Shown: positions 25,500 through 38,742, counted from the stretch's first letter. The stretch: DNA of 64,000 bases from Octopus bimaculoides (GCF_001194135.2 NC_068988.1:43573778-43637777); one strand, 5' to 3'. Notes: a model not told the origin generated them from the sequence alone. Numbers and translations are program-made.

Positions 25500-25612
25500 A
25501 TTCTTTTCTACTCTAGGCACAAGGCCCGAAAGTTTTGGGGAGGGGGCCAGTCGATTAGATCAATCCCAGTACGCAACTGGTACTTAATTTATCGACCCCG
25601 AAAGGATGAAAG
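25500..25612 (-). mobile_element. 3' end of dimeric SINE A variant
   Basis: 'ttcttttctactctaggcacaaggcccg...gggggccagtcgattagatc' is nearly identical to 43316-43420. Confidence 0.8.
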
Positions 25613-25739
25613 ATTACCTGGACAATGGTAGCCTTCAGTGAAGCTATGGTATTGCGAGCATATTGGTTAGTCCCCCTTTCAACAAACTTCCAAACGTTGT
25701 AGTTCATGGGATTTAAGCCTGGTGAGTTTGGTAGTCACA

Positions 25740-26080
25740 AGTTTGGTTGCGGGTTCAGTCCCACTGTGGGGTACCCTGGGCAAGTGTCTTCTATAGCCTC
25801 GGCCCGACCAAAGCCTTGTGAGTTGACATGGAAACTGAAAGAAGCCCATCGTATGTATGTATGTATATATATATATATATGAGTACGTGTGTGTGTGTCC
25901 TTGTGTCTGTGTTTGTCCCTCACCACCACTTGACAACCGTAACTTAACAGTTAGGCAAAAGAGAATAATAGAACAAGTCCCAGGTCTGAAACAAAAAGTA
26001 ATGGGGTCGAATCGTTCGATTAAAATTCTTCAATGTGGTACCTCAGCATGGCCGCTCTCTGAAACAAAAGATAAAAGATA
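25740..26080 (+). mobile_element. SINE group C
   Basis: 'gggttcagtcccactgtggggtaccctgggcaagtgtcttctatagcctcggcccgaccaaagccttgtgag...cagcatggccgc...gaaacaaaagataaaagata'. Confidence 0.85.
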
Positions 26081-26264
26081 CACACTGTAGAACACCGATG
26101 TATTGCTTATAAAGAACCATTTTATTTTTATTCCTGTGTTGTTTCCTAACTCCGCGTTCCTTGTTACCAGTGACGTCACTGGATATATTTTCATCCATTC
26201 CGAAGTTCTTGTAGCACTCCTCCACTGATATCTGAAAAATAACTTACAGCATTGGTACGCATGT

Positions 26265-26567
26265 GAAGGCGCGTGATTTAGTGTATAGGGCATTCGCCAC
26301 ACGACCGTAAGATCGTGAGTTCGATTCCTTGCAGCGCATTGTGTCTCTCGAGCAAGACTTTATTTCACATTGCCTGAGTCTAGTCAGCCGACAAAAATGA
26401 GTTTCACTCGTAATTTAGAGAGCTAGTCCTGTTCTATTCTGTATCTAACTGAATCTTCCCGAGAAAGTACGTTAAGGGTCTGCGTGCCTGTGGATTGCTA
26501 AACCACTCGCACGTTAATTTTTCGAGAGGGCTATTCCGTTGATCAGATCAGCTGGAACACTTGTCAT
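26265..26567 (+). mobile_element. tRNA-derived SINE group B (head 2 plus tail X)
   Basis: Head 'gaaggcgcgtgatttagtgtatagggcattcg...gtgagttcgattcc'; tail '...acgttaagggt...acgttaattt...ccgttgatcagatcagctggaac'. Confidence 0.8.
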
Positions 26568-27062
26568 CTCATTGCTATAGATTTGGCTACACTATATATT
26601 TAGGCATGCTCTGTATATATCTATACAGTGATGGTAATGTAAATCTTGCATTGCCTATCTTGAATTATCCATTATCAATTAACAAGTACTTACAACACAA
26701 CACATTTTCAGTATATTGCCTAACATCCTCTTTGTTAATCATAATACAATGCATTTATGGCATATTCATCTGAAAACGTTGTCTTTTCTTCCCATATAAT
26801 TATTTCATAAGATAATGACATTAATTAAGAATTCCTTTCAAGCTCATCCTGTATCACTCTAGTAAACATTTACTTCGACTTTTAATAATTTTACACATTC
26901 AGAAGACGTTGCATTTTTATTTCGTTCATAAAGTCTTTATATTGTTGTAGTTGTTATTCTTGTTTAGATCCGTTTCATATGTAGTCGAGAAGACTTAAGA
27001 TCAAAGAGTTCTAAACATGACCATTTCGACTTTGTTTCACTCACTATATATAAATAGATCGT

Positions 27063-27450
27063 GGAGGCGCAATGGCCCAGTGGTTAGGGCAACGGACTTG
27101 CGGTTATAGGATCGCGGTTTCGATTCCCAGACCGGTCGCTGTGAGTGTTTATTGAGCGAAAACACCTAAAGCTCCACGAGGATCCGGCAGGAGATGATGG
27201 CGAACCCTGCTGTACTCTTCCACCACAACTTTCTCTCACTCTTACTTCCTGTTTCTGTTGTGCCTGTAATTCAAAGGGCCAGCCTTGTCACACTGTGTCA
27301 CGCTGAATATCCCCGAGAACTACGTTAAGGGTACACGTGTCTGTGGAGGGCTCAGCCACATGCACGCTAATTTCACGAGCAGGCTGTTCCGTTGATCGGA
27401 TCAACTGGAACCCTCGACGTCGTAAGCGACGGAGTGCCAATGACGACGAC
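27063..27450 (+). mobile_element. tRNA-derived SINE group B (head 1 plus tail X), full length
   Basis: 'ggaggcgcaatggcccagtggttagggc...gtttcgattccc' through '...cgtaagcgacggagtgccaatgacgacgac'. Confidence 0.92.
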
Positions 27451-27529
27451 ATAAATATACCACCGGATTATATTATCCAAATTTTTTCTAATTTTTAAGA
27501 CAACAGAATGTAGTATGAGCAGAAAAGGT

Positions 27530-27568
27530 TATTATTATTATTGTTGTTGTTATTATTATTATTATTAA

Positions 27569-27641
<73 letters not shown>

Positions 27642-27690
27642 GTTATTGTTATTATTATTATTGTTATTGTTGTTGTCGTTGTTATCATTA
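27530..27690. repeat. (TTA)n/(TTG)n microsatellite
   Basis: Seen directly. Confidence 0.97.
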
Positions 27691-29295
27691 AGATAAGTTT
27701 GTGAGACCGATCAAATGCTTCTTTTTCTAAACCTAATGTAACATTTCCATATTTCAAACGTAATATGTAAACGTTTCTTTTGTTACATATTTAAAAACAT
27801 GGCTACAAATATTAAAGGTTAACGAATGCTTTAGGAGCATAATCCAATAACATTTACAGTTCCCAGTATTGATATTTTCTGTAAAGTGTTTATATGAACT
27901 CCTTTAGGTGTCTTGTCAATATCTTTACCAAAATAATTGTGAATATATTCTATTCCAGTGAATCCAAATAAAATATTTTACACATTTGTTAAATGTTATA
28001 ATGTCTAATTTAACAGCTATGTCAGCGCGCTTCAACACAATGGTATACATATTCATTATTATTGTGTTTATCATTAAAATCCGCAAGCAATTTTATCATG
28101 GCAAATGATTTAATGTATTGTATAGGCTGTGCGGTGGTCTATGACATATTTACAACATGATTTCCTAAAACGTAAATGTTGAAAGAAAAATGGGTTGTGA
28201 GGGATAGAAAGAAAAATGGGTGGCAACGGATATAACGAGTAGTTTTGCTATGTTACGCTTAAAAATAATTTTAGAGGGAGTTAATTCTGGGCACCGTAAT
28301 ACGATATAATAATTGTTTCATAAAATATATCTTGTGACAGCTGCTATTTACATTATAGAAAATGTAGATGCCACACTCAGTTATTTAGTGTCGATGGCCT
28401 GTCATCGAATCTCCAATGTTTTTACAGTATCCGGTTCAATATATTCATCTAAAATCAGAGTCAGCAGTTTTAAATTTCGGCAAAAATTTATAGTCTATTG
28501 ATAACACCGACCAACAAGGTTTTGGCGTTTAGGAAATAGACATTATTCCTATACAAAATCGGTCTTCTGAATCCAGCCATCAATAATTTTATCAATAACA
28601 TTCATGAATCGATCCAATTCCCAATAGAAATGAATGAATAAGAAACTCCATTTGCTAAGCATTTTGATAATTAAAGAAAACTATGATCATTAAAGTTTAT
28701 CTCTGCTGCATCCCGAGTGAAATGCACAAAACAAATGGTGTCGAAAATGCTCAGTTTTGTCCACTTGACATTCCATTTTAATGATCTGAAAATACATAAA
28801 AAATCAATAAAATTAAAAACTCAAAACACTATCTTGTAGAGAAAAAATCAATTCTCTTTTAAATAACATAAAACATTTTGCCAATGCATTTTATTTCTGC
28901 GGCCATTTTTAAATTTGAAAGAAAAAAAAACGCTCATGAATTATTCCTCAACCCAATATTTTAAAATTCATTGAGTACACGAACTGAATTTAGTTTTTAG
29001 ATATTTCTATTCTCTCTACTTCATACCGTTGAAACAAATCACTCAGGCGACTGAATTTACTGCATAATCGCAGCCAGCCCAAAGTGATATTTTAAGCACA
29101 AAAGGAGGAAAATAAAAGACTTTATGAAATTGTTAGTTACATTGAAATGACATTGTTGCGTTGATATCTTTCTCAAGAACTTTGAACAATTAAGGTAGGT
29201 CGTTTGAATAGGATATAAAATTCTGTCGATTTTTTCTCCCATTTGTCTGAGCAATATGCATTTTTCAAAATAAAATATTTTAAATGACGCACAAC

Positions 29296-29475
29296 GGCGG
29301 CGAACTGAAAGAATCGTTAGCAAGTCGGACAAAATGTTAAGCGGCGTTTCTTCCGGTTCTTTATGTTCTGAGTTCATACACCACTGAGATCGATTTTACG
29401 TTTCATCCTTTCGGGTTTGATAAAGAACCAATCAAGTACCGCGATCAATCGAATCGATTTGTTTCCTTCACTCAA
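29296..29475 (+). mobile_element. SINE group A
   Basis: 'ggcggcgaactgaaagaatcgttagc...ttctgagttc...tttcatcctttcgggtttgataaa'. Confidence 0.75.
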
Positions 29476-29779
29476 AATTCTCTGCTCTGAATCCTGCAGG
29501 GATTCAGGACAGAGAATTCAGGAAAATGTTGTGATCTAGATCCCTTATAACACATGGAAACCCGGTAAGTGGTCGTATGAGTTTCAAGGATCCAGAAAAA
29601 TAGAAAAAAAATGCAAAAAGCAACAACGCATGTGACTAATAAGTTATTTACCAAAAAATTGGTTCCTATTGCTTTGTTGAGGAAAATGTTTGAACACGGA
29701 GCAAACAGTAGGTTAGCTCCGTGTTCAAATCCTATCCAGGACGAACGCTTTACATCGATAAAAGATATTCCAGATATTT

Positions 29780-30250
29780 TGGTTTCCAGTTTTGGCACAA
29801 GGTCAGCGATATTGGGGGAGTTGGTAAGTCGATTACATCAACCCCCAGTACATGACTGGTACTTATTTTATCGACCTCGAAAGAGTGAAAGGCAAAATCG
29901 AGTTCGGCGAAATTTGAACTCAGTACATGTAGGCGGACGAAATGCAGCTAAGCATTTTGTCCGGCGTGCTAACGATTCTGCCAGCTCGCTGCTTTAGCCA
30001 CCTCTGAAATATTACATTTGCATCGTAATTATTTTTTCCAATTTTGGCACAAGACCAGCAGTTTTAGGTGGAGGGGTTTGTCGATTACATCGACCCCAGT
30101 GATCAACTGGTACTTATTTTATTGACCCCCCGAAAGGATGAAAAGCAAAGTCAACCGCGGCAGAATTTGAACTCAGAATGTAAAGAGCCAGAAGGAATTC
30201 CACTAAACATTTTGTCCGGCGTGGTAACAATTCTATCAGCTCGTCACCTT
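29780..30250 (-). mobile_element. Two tandem SINE group A copies (about 29780-29995 and 30035-30250)
   Basis: Each shows 'ttttggcacaag...cccccagt...ctggtacttattt...aaaggcaaa...aatttgaactcag...ccagctcg'. Confidence 0.85.
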
Positions 30251-30800
30251 GACCCACAAAGTAATTACGAAATGTTCATTAGCTAAATACGGTTCTTTTT
30301 CGTAAACAGGAATCAATTTATTTCACAATGACATTTATTGCTTGTCGTTTTTATTCATGTGACTGTACCATTTGTACTGTCGATTGATAGACAATAAATG
30401 CTTGAAGCGAACCGTCGAAAGCAAGAAAAAATCAGATGAAAAGTACCAAAGACTTGAAGAAAATGACTTGTGTAGTGAACCAGTAACACAAAGAAACATA
30501 ACAGAAACACACCAACAATTTTGAAGAAAAGAAATTATGAATTGTCAAATAATAAAGAAATGACAAATAATTATGAAATGCAAATTTCTGTACTTTTTAG
30601 TTTTAGATTTCTCATTAACTTGACTGACAGCTAATTGATAATTTGATTAAAACTTTTAATCAAAATGCTAGCTAAACGCCGAAAGCTAGATAATTCAGAA
30701 CAAAGACAACAAAAGGCTTAAGAACACAATGTGTAAACCGAACCGAAGACAACAAGAAGCACCAGAACAGAGTCGAAAAATTCTCGAAGAAAACAGTATG

Positions 30801-31050
30801 TACGTGGTCTGATCAATAAGTAGCCGGACTGTTGCCATGGTAACGAAGCTAAAATACGTTGCGTAAAGCCGTTTGGCACAGATTAACCTTGAACGCTGCT
30901 GTGCGTGTGTACTAAATTTGCAAGGTCCTAGCTCACTTTTGCTGTTTACAGCAGTGCTTGGAAGGAAGGTGTGTAGCGTGTGATTGTCACATTGACCATG
31001 ATAGAGAAAGCTGAGCAGAGAATCTGCATCAAATCTTGCCAAATTTTTAC
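30801..31050 (+). mobile_element. Mariner transposon left end with transposase N-terminus
   Basis: TIR-like 'tacgtggtctgatcaataagtagccggac'; ATG at 30998 gives MIEKAEQRICIKSCQIF, like the mariner E.R..IKF..K start; truncated by a SINE tail. Confidence 0.7.
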
Positions 31051-31230
31051 AGGTGCCAAGCTGTATCGGCCTTTGCCTTTCCCTTGGATAACACTGGTGG
31101 CGTTGAGAGGGGAGGCCGGTATGCATGGGCAATTGCTGGTCTTCCATAAAACAACTTTGCCCGGACTTGTTACCCGGCGGGTAACTTTCTAGGTGCAATC
31201 ACATGGTCAGTCATGACCGAAGGGGGTCTC
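31050..31230 (+). mobile_element. SINE group B tail Y fragment
   Basis: 'tgtatcggcctttgcctttcccttggataa...actttctaggtgcaatc...gtcatgaccgaaggg' matches 63015-63180. Confidence 0.8.
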
Positions 31231-32084
31231 AAGTCAGTGATTGGAGGGTATCTATTCAGATATCGAGGCACTTGATTGCTTGACAGTATAACACAAAACA
31301 ACAAATCAACGATCCATTCCATTAGTGACGACTTCCTCAATGAAGAGAAGTACATTGGCGTTTGGTAATCTGCAAATCCAAGAATATCCCAAAATAGAGT
31401 AGAACCTTCAATGTGGAGTAATATACTAATAAGACTGGTGAGTGGATTGTATGGTCTCACAACAATGTTTCGTTAGGATATTTTATTATATAATGTCATA
31501 TATTCAGTTATGTAAGACATGCAACATCCATGAGATTATGCATTATATTATCTAATGAGCCCCAACTCACCAGGAAGGTATACGATGTTCGATATTTGAT
31601 ATGTCGCCAGAGCGGTAGTTTCAACAACATAATGATACTCAAAGCAAGAGCACCAAAAGCTCATTGTAGATGTGGGCTCCAGAATAATTTACCAATAAGA
31701 AATTGCAGGTAGCGCAACTACTCTGTCGCAGAAAGAAAGATACACAAATGAAATCGTCAAGCGAGATTGGTGCGAGATAAAAAAAAATTGTAATGAAAGA
31801 AAAGTCGAATGGTATATTTTATCTTCAACTGCTTTCCAATCTACCAACTCATCCCAGAATCAAAGAATAGCAGCACGAATTCCTTATCACAGAGACCGGC
31901 GCCAAATTTGTTACTGATCCCATCATTTCGTTGAAGAAACCGGCAAACGCAATCATAAAGAGATGATGTACCAAATTCTATTTATTTTATTCTTTAGCGT
32001 TGTTATGATAGTGAGATGCACAAGTAGATAAGATTGACGCCATTTATTATGTACAAATGTCTACAGTTTAATTCGTCGCCGTCA

Positions 32085-32380
32085 TCGTCATCATGTATCG
32101 TACGCCTGTAGCGCATTGATGACACAACAAACGAAAGTTTTTCCGATTAAGCGCGTGTTCTCCAGCTGCCTTGCCACTATTGTCCATCCAGCCCGTGGCA
32201 TTGTCCATTCATTGCGTTCTTTACCTGCCACTTGATGTACTAGCCCTCTACTCTTCTTTCCATGATGTTTTCCAGACCTTTGCTTCTTCGAATATAGCCA
32301 TAATCGGTGGTGGACTGGCCAGGTTGTCAACTTGCCCGATGGCAAGTGGGGTCCCGTGCCATTAGAATCCATATACGGGG
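32085..32380 (-). mobile_element. RTE-clade LINE 3' end
   Basis: Minus-strand pieces KGLENIMERRVEG, KKSRG and QAYDT*, followed by a tgatgacgatgacg tail. Confidence 0.55.
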
Positions 32381-32709
32381 GCCCATGTTAGTATCTAAGG
32401 GGCTCATCTCCTCAGGGTTTGAGAATTTTTTTATTCACTCCTGGAACAATGCTTTAATTATTTCAACCTGGCTGTGTTTGTAGACAGTTGAAAAGAATAC
32501 TTAAAAAACAAAACAATAAATGATGGCATTGTAGTTGCTGTTGGGACCCCTTTGTAGTTTCGGGTGGGCCTCCTTGTAGTTTCGGGTGGGCCCCCTTAGC
32601 CTCCTTGCAACCAATATTCTTAGACCCAGTCTTGTACTGGCCATAATAGATGAGCTTTTATTCTTCACAATGTTCAGATGTCGTCTTTGATAAGAGACTC
32701 GTATCATTT

Positions 32710-33145
32710 TCTCAAACACTCATATTTCAAACTCCAGCCCTACATCCTTTGAGGATTTTGTAAGTAGGTCAAGGCTCTTTTTCATCTCATGCATATTCTT
32801 TGCATAAAGTTTTAAGTCATCCCCAAAGAAACAGTGTGTAATTTTGGTATTTCTGTTTCCTTGTGAACCAGTGAGATACCCTTCAGACTTCCTTAACACG
32901 AATGACAAGGGGTCTACAGACGGTATAAACAACATCACAAAGAGGCTGTCTCTTTGGAATATGCCTTTGTGATACTGTATTCTATCGGTGATAATACAGT
33001 CACTCTTTGCGTTTAGTTTGAAGATGGTGGCCCACGATGAAGTTAGTTCAGCTCTGCTTTGACTATTCTCACTAGAAATTAAGCAAGTTGAAGGGCTTCT
33101 AGCATCCATGAGTGGGGAACAGAGTCAAAGGCTTTCTTGTAGACT
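32710..33145 (-). mobile_element. R4-like RLE retrotransposon RT fragment
   Basis: YKKAFDSVPHSW starting near 33143, GIFQRDSL..LF...PLSFVL, ITHCFFGDDLKLYAKN...SKDVGLEF (RT domains 3-6, catalytic DD). Confidence 0.85.
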
Positions 33146-33283
33146 GTATGTATGTATGTATGTATGTATGTATGTATGTATGGATGTATGTAAGCATGCA
33201 TTTATGTATGTATTTCAACGCATATGTATGCGTACGTGAGCATAAGTATGTATATATGTGTGTGTGTTTGTATTTGTATTTGC

Positions 33284-33348
<65 letters not shown>

Positions 33349-34143
33349 ATATATGCATGCATGTATATATATATATATATATATATGTGTGTATGTGTAG
33401 GTGTGTGATCATGTGTGTACGATTGGCTATGCTTCCTTAAATAGGTTTTAAATTTGATCTGTAAATACACAATAGTCATCGTCGACGTAGTTCTCACATC
33501 ACTGAATCTGAAGCAGTTTGACCTGGTGAACTTCATTAGTTTTGTAATGCTGTCGGATTAGATGAGTTAGATAATGTATATTTGATACTTTGATGGGGGA
33601 AGGAATAAAAAGAAGAGTATGAGATCTCCGAATTCATTGCACCTATGTGTGTGTGTGTGTGTGTGTGAGTGAGTATATATATATATATATANNNNNNNNN
33701 NNNNNNNNNNNNNNNNNNNNNNNNNNNNNNNNNNNNNNNNNNNNNNNNNNNNNNNNNNNNNNNNNNNNNNNNNNNNNNNNNNNNNNNNNNNNNNNNNNNN
33801 NNNNNNNNNNNNNNNNNNNNNNNNNNNNNNNNNNNNNNNNNNNNNNNNNNNNNNNNNNNNNNNNNNNNNNNNNNNNNNNNNNNNNNNNNNNNNNNNNNNN
33901 NNNNNNNNNNNNNNNNNNNNNNNNNNNNNNNNNNNNNNNNNNNNNNNNNNNNNNNNNNNNNNNNNNNNNNNNNNNNNNNNNNNNNNNNNNNNNNNNNNNN
34001 NNNNNNNATATATATATATATATATATATAGATACATGTATGTATGTGAGTATTTTGTGTATATGCTTACATATACATATATAAATATGTGTATATATAT
34101 TTATTTATGCACACATATATATATATACACGGGCATATATATG

Positions 34144-34178
<35 letters not shown>

Positions 34179-34773
34179 TTAATTGGTTAATAGACACAGG
34201 AGGTATGGCGTAGAGTAAGGTTTGATGCGACTAAGAATTTTTGATTGCAGTCAAAGTGAGCGCAATCAGCCATTTAATTTCCAAGAAGCCGAGGACGTTA
34301 AGATAATCTTATAAGATCATTATAAAAAACCCCGAACAAACTACAGGATACATTAAATGATGGTTAATTAAGGAGTGATGAATGTTGATCAGCATAGCTT
34401 TACTGTTTAACGCTAGGGATAGCTTGATTTCGATTGAGGCTAGCAGAAATATAAAATGATGCGCCACCTACATGAGAAGTAAGAGAAAATATTCTTTTGG
34501 TTAGTAAAGACTGGCCTAAAAACTCTTCCAAGATAATTATGGTTTTTCCGAATAAATACAAATGATTGCTTTTGAAGTTTTATTAAGCCATAATGAGTAT
34601 TGCATACATACAACTTCATGGAGAGATTGCACAATTTTATAAATTCCGTCATATGAAAAATGTTCATTACATAAATTTAATCCAGAGTCGTTTATGGAAT
34701 GTATTTAATAGTTAGTGTTGCCTTTCTTGGAGTTGCATTTTGGTGATGATTATTTGAGGTAAACACTTGTGTA

Positions 34774-35027
34774 AAGGCGCGCGTGGTATAGTGGTTAGGA
34801 TATTTTTCCCACGATCATGAGTTCGATTTCCGGCGGCGCGTTGTGACCTTGAGCAAGACACTTTATTTCATGTTGCTGCGGTTCACTCAACTGGCAAAAA
34901 ACGAGTTGTACCTGTAATTCAAAAGGGCAAGCTTTGTCACATTTTACCTCACGTTGAATCTACCTGAGACACGCGTATCTGTGGAATGCTCAGGAACTTA
35001 CACGTAAATTTCACGAGCAGGCTGTTC
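34774..35027 (+). mobile_element. tRNA-derived SINE group B (head 2 plus tail X), with deletions
   Basis: 'aaggcgcgcgtggtatagtggttagg...ttgtgaccttgagcaagacactttatttc...gtacctgtaattcaaa...ttcacgagcaggctgttc'. Confidence 0.8.
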
Positions 35028-35365
35028 TGAAGTGGGCTGGCGGTCTTTTGTGGAGTATTTATTCTGCAAAGCTCTGGTTGGGATGGAGTCGCTGGTGCAG
35101 CAGAGGGGAGGGCTATAAATTGCATTACTAAATCTGCAGAGAAATCCATCTGGGTATGATGACAATCTCACTTCAGCATTGTTCGAAAAGAGATTCAAAC
35201 GAATTCATCTTCGTAAGTTGGCCAATTCCCTGCATATAGATTGATATCGACTTCGATTTGCGATAACTGCACCTCTCTTCACTTTAAAGTGCTTGTGTTA
35301 TAGTAGCACTCAAAAGTCAGAAATACTTTTAAATGCCAACAGTATTTAAAAGTATTTCTGACAGC

Positions 35366-35404
35366 ATGATGATGATGATGGTGATGACGATGATGATGAT
35401 GATG

Positions 35405-35435
<31 letters not shown>

Positions 35436-35490
35436 AAATAATAATAATAATAATAATAATAACAACAACAATAATAATGATAATAATAAT
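35366..35490. repeat. Compound (GAT)n-(AAT)n microsatellite
   Basis: Seen directly. Confidence 0.95.
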
Positions 35491-37834
35491 AGTTTCTTTT
35501 ATTATAACAATAATATCATAAGAAAAGTATTAAGTAGAGAGTATCCACTTGAATCACAAACAAATGTAAATTCAGAAGCCGTTTAAAATCAAGCCTTCTC
35601 AATGGTAATCCAAGGTAACAACAACATCATCAACAATAAAGAATTCTTTAAGTCCTTTAACAGAAATGTTATATTTAGTATTAAGTAGGAGTGAGGAATC
35701 ATATGTTATACATGGCTCATTACATTTCCAACTCATTTCCGTACGTTGGCATTTGAGTCATTCGCATATTTAATTAGCGTAAATAATTATGTTAGATTAC
35801 ATTAAGTCAATCCCTTACGAACAACATAGTCTTTTCGTTCGGTGTTTATACTGAGTTACACTTGTATAAAAAAAAATGTGACCCAACTCTTGCAACTGGG
35901 GAAAGAACGCTTGCGGTTGGCAGGTTAACTTTTCCATTGGCAGAAATTTGAACCCGGTACTGTACGCACTAACGAAACATTTATCGTTTTGATGAGTGAG
36001 CTTTTGGTTTACATAGGCCATTCACCTAACCCGGGGTGTATGGAGATGTGGGCTGGATAAAGGCGGGTAACATTTAGTGTGAAGGTAACTGAGTGAAAGA
36101 ATCTCTCTTTCTCTGTCTTTGTCACTTACACATACAAATGTTAACAGTCATTTAGACATACAAATATGTACATATACATATCACATCACATAATAGCGCA
36201 CACGCGTATTTATACATACAAAATCACATACATATATACATACACCATTATATACACACAAATATCATATGTACATGCACACACAAATATCAATACTTTC
36301 ATATACATATTCCATTATATACATATAATATCATACCTGCATTTCTGAATGTATTCCTTTATCTTTCATCTGTTACTTGTTTCAGTTTATGACTGCAGCT
36401 ATGTTGGGGCTCCACCTGGAAGAATTTTTTTCTTAGTCGACAGAATCGATCCTAGTATACTTTTCGAAACTTATTGGGTTCTAATCAGAAATGTCTACAT
36501 CAATTTGACCAATCCTATTCATTTATACGTATGTAACAATAAGATGGCAAAGGTTCTGACGACGATAAAAAAAAGCTGCAGCATTCATTTCTTCGCAGGG
36601 TCCACCAGTGTAATAATATTCTGAGAAGTTGCGGGATTTTCTTATGACAGGGGTCACCAATTTAGCGATATATTTATTTCGCTTCTGATGGGAACAGAAA
36701 AAGAGTATGACACCGAGTGAGCGAACGGTAGAAAAGGAGATACATAAACCAAGGGAATCAGTTCATTAGTCTTTGTGAGATGTTATGTCCCAACAAGCCC
36801 AGTAGCCGTGAGTGTTGTAAATTCTAGCAATTAGATGCTTTATGCTGTGTTATGACCACTGTCGTCATCATCACCATTATCGCCCTTATCATCGTCATTG
36901 TGGTCTGATGTAAATTCATGGAGCAGTTGGTCTTGGCTGAGCTGTAACCGTTAGCAGACATTTACATCTATATTTAGGAAATGGTCTACGAAAGAAAAAC
37001 GGTGCCAAAGGCAAAATATTCATGGTATACAGTTTCTACCAAAGACTTGAGCGATCGCTTCTTTGTTGATATCATCAACCATTGACGGAATCTCGTTCGT
37101 GTTGTTTAGTTGGCTACGTTTGGATACAGTGATATCTCTCAGAAATTTGACTGGTCAATTGTTTGTTGACTTCATTAATGTCTAACAAAATCATGATCGT
37201 GTCGATTAATTGTCATTACGCTCGAAGAGTGATTGTGGTTCGGTTCCCAGACAGTGAGTTGTTATTTGGGACTCTGCTAATATTCCTGCTGCACATACAA
37301 ATACATATACATTCACACTATCAACACAGTAAAAAAAAAATGCTGTAAAAGCGAGAGATGAAAATAGGAACAGACTGCAGCTAATATCACCAACATTGCT
37401 CTACTACCATTCAGACATAGAAGCTAAAGTGGTCGCTCGAGCTACAAGAAATAGCAATCAAATACCCTAAAACTAAACTCTATCGTCTTAGAAAAGGATA
37501 CATTGGAAAATTTTATCCTGAGTTGTCTGATGGGATGGTCAACCGATGGAATGCCTTCGTTCATAAAGTTATTCGTCCGGGGCCAATACGAGGCTAGATA
37601 ACAACACACATATCTATATATATAACCTATCCGACAGAGGTAGCTAGGACATACACAACTCAAAAGCAAGCGCACGTTTCTAGATACTTTACTTACGTTC
37701 AGTAAACCATCATTGGACATGACAGCTTATTGACGAGAACAAGGAAAAACACAAGCTCTCGTATTAAGTACTATGGATGATATTGCTAGAGTATAAATGC
37801 TGACGTGATAAACTATTATTCAATACTTGTCTGT

Positions 37835-37865
<31 letters not shown>

Positions 37866-37872
37866 ACACACA

Positions 37873-37916
<44 letters not shown>

Positions 37917-38302
37917 TATATTGATTGAGAGAGAGATAATATGATTGAAATACTACATAGCAGAACATTGGTAATGCATATGATAATGCAATCAGTTTTC
38001 TTAAGCCGTTCAGACTACAATCAAATGTCAACAATCTCCGACTTTGAATCAGGTATTTCAGACGCCATTATAAAAAGTCAAGTGGGCAATAAGTGCACCA
38101 TATACTAACGATATATCATGAACTTTTTCGCAACAGTACTAAGAGCCGATAATGTGCCAAATATTCAAAGCAGTCTTCTTAATCTGTCTCTCTCTCTCTC
38201 TCACTCTCTCACTCTCTCTCTCACTCTCTCCCTCTCACTCTCTCTCTCTCACTCTCTCTCTCACTCTCTCTCTCTCTCACTCTCTCTCACTCTCTCTCTC
38301 TC

Positions 38303-38347
<45 letters not shown>

Positions 38348-38626
38348 GTATATATGAGTTAGAGGTTAGACAACCATCTAAGGGATAATAAATATCCAAT
38401 ATGTTACTGGAGGCTTATCTATTTATATCCAAATGCTTACTCTTGCAAGGCAATAGTACAATTGAATAATAGATATAAGTGGAGGTAAACAAAAGTTTAT
38501 CCAGAATTTATAAGGCAAGGAAGAAAATGGAGAAAAGATTCAATTGACAAACATCAGCAAGATCTATTTATAACAATCACAGGAATAAATAAATAAATGA
38601 ATAAATAAATAAATAAATACAACTCT

Positions 38627-38742
38627 ACTCTTACAGCTGTTTCTACTTTGGTGGTCCGGTATGCCAAAGTTGACACATCAAACAAAAATTATGCAAAAAA
38701 GATTATACAAAAAAATTAAACCCCAAAACTTCATCAGAGAGT
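38627..38742 (-). ncRNA. Hammerhead ribozyme-like motif (type I, Penelope-type), possibly degenerate
   Basis: Minus strand: ACTCT-CTGATGA-[87 nt]-GAAA-C-AGCT-G-TA-AGAGT; 5-bp stem I, conserved core, palindromic CAGCTG stem III; the first stem II pair is an A-A mismatch. Confidence 0.5.
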
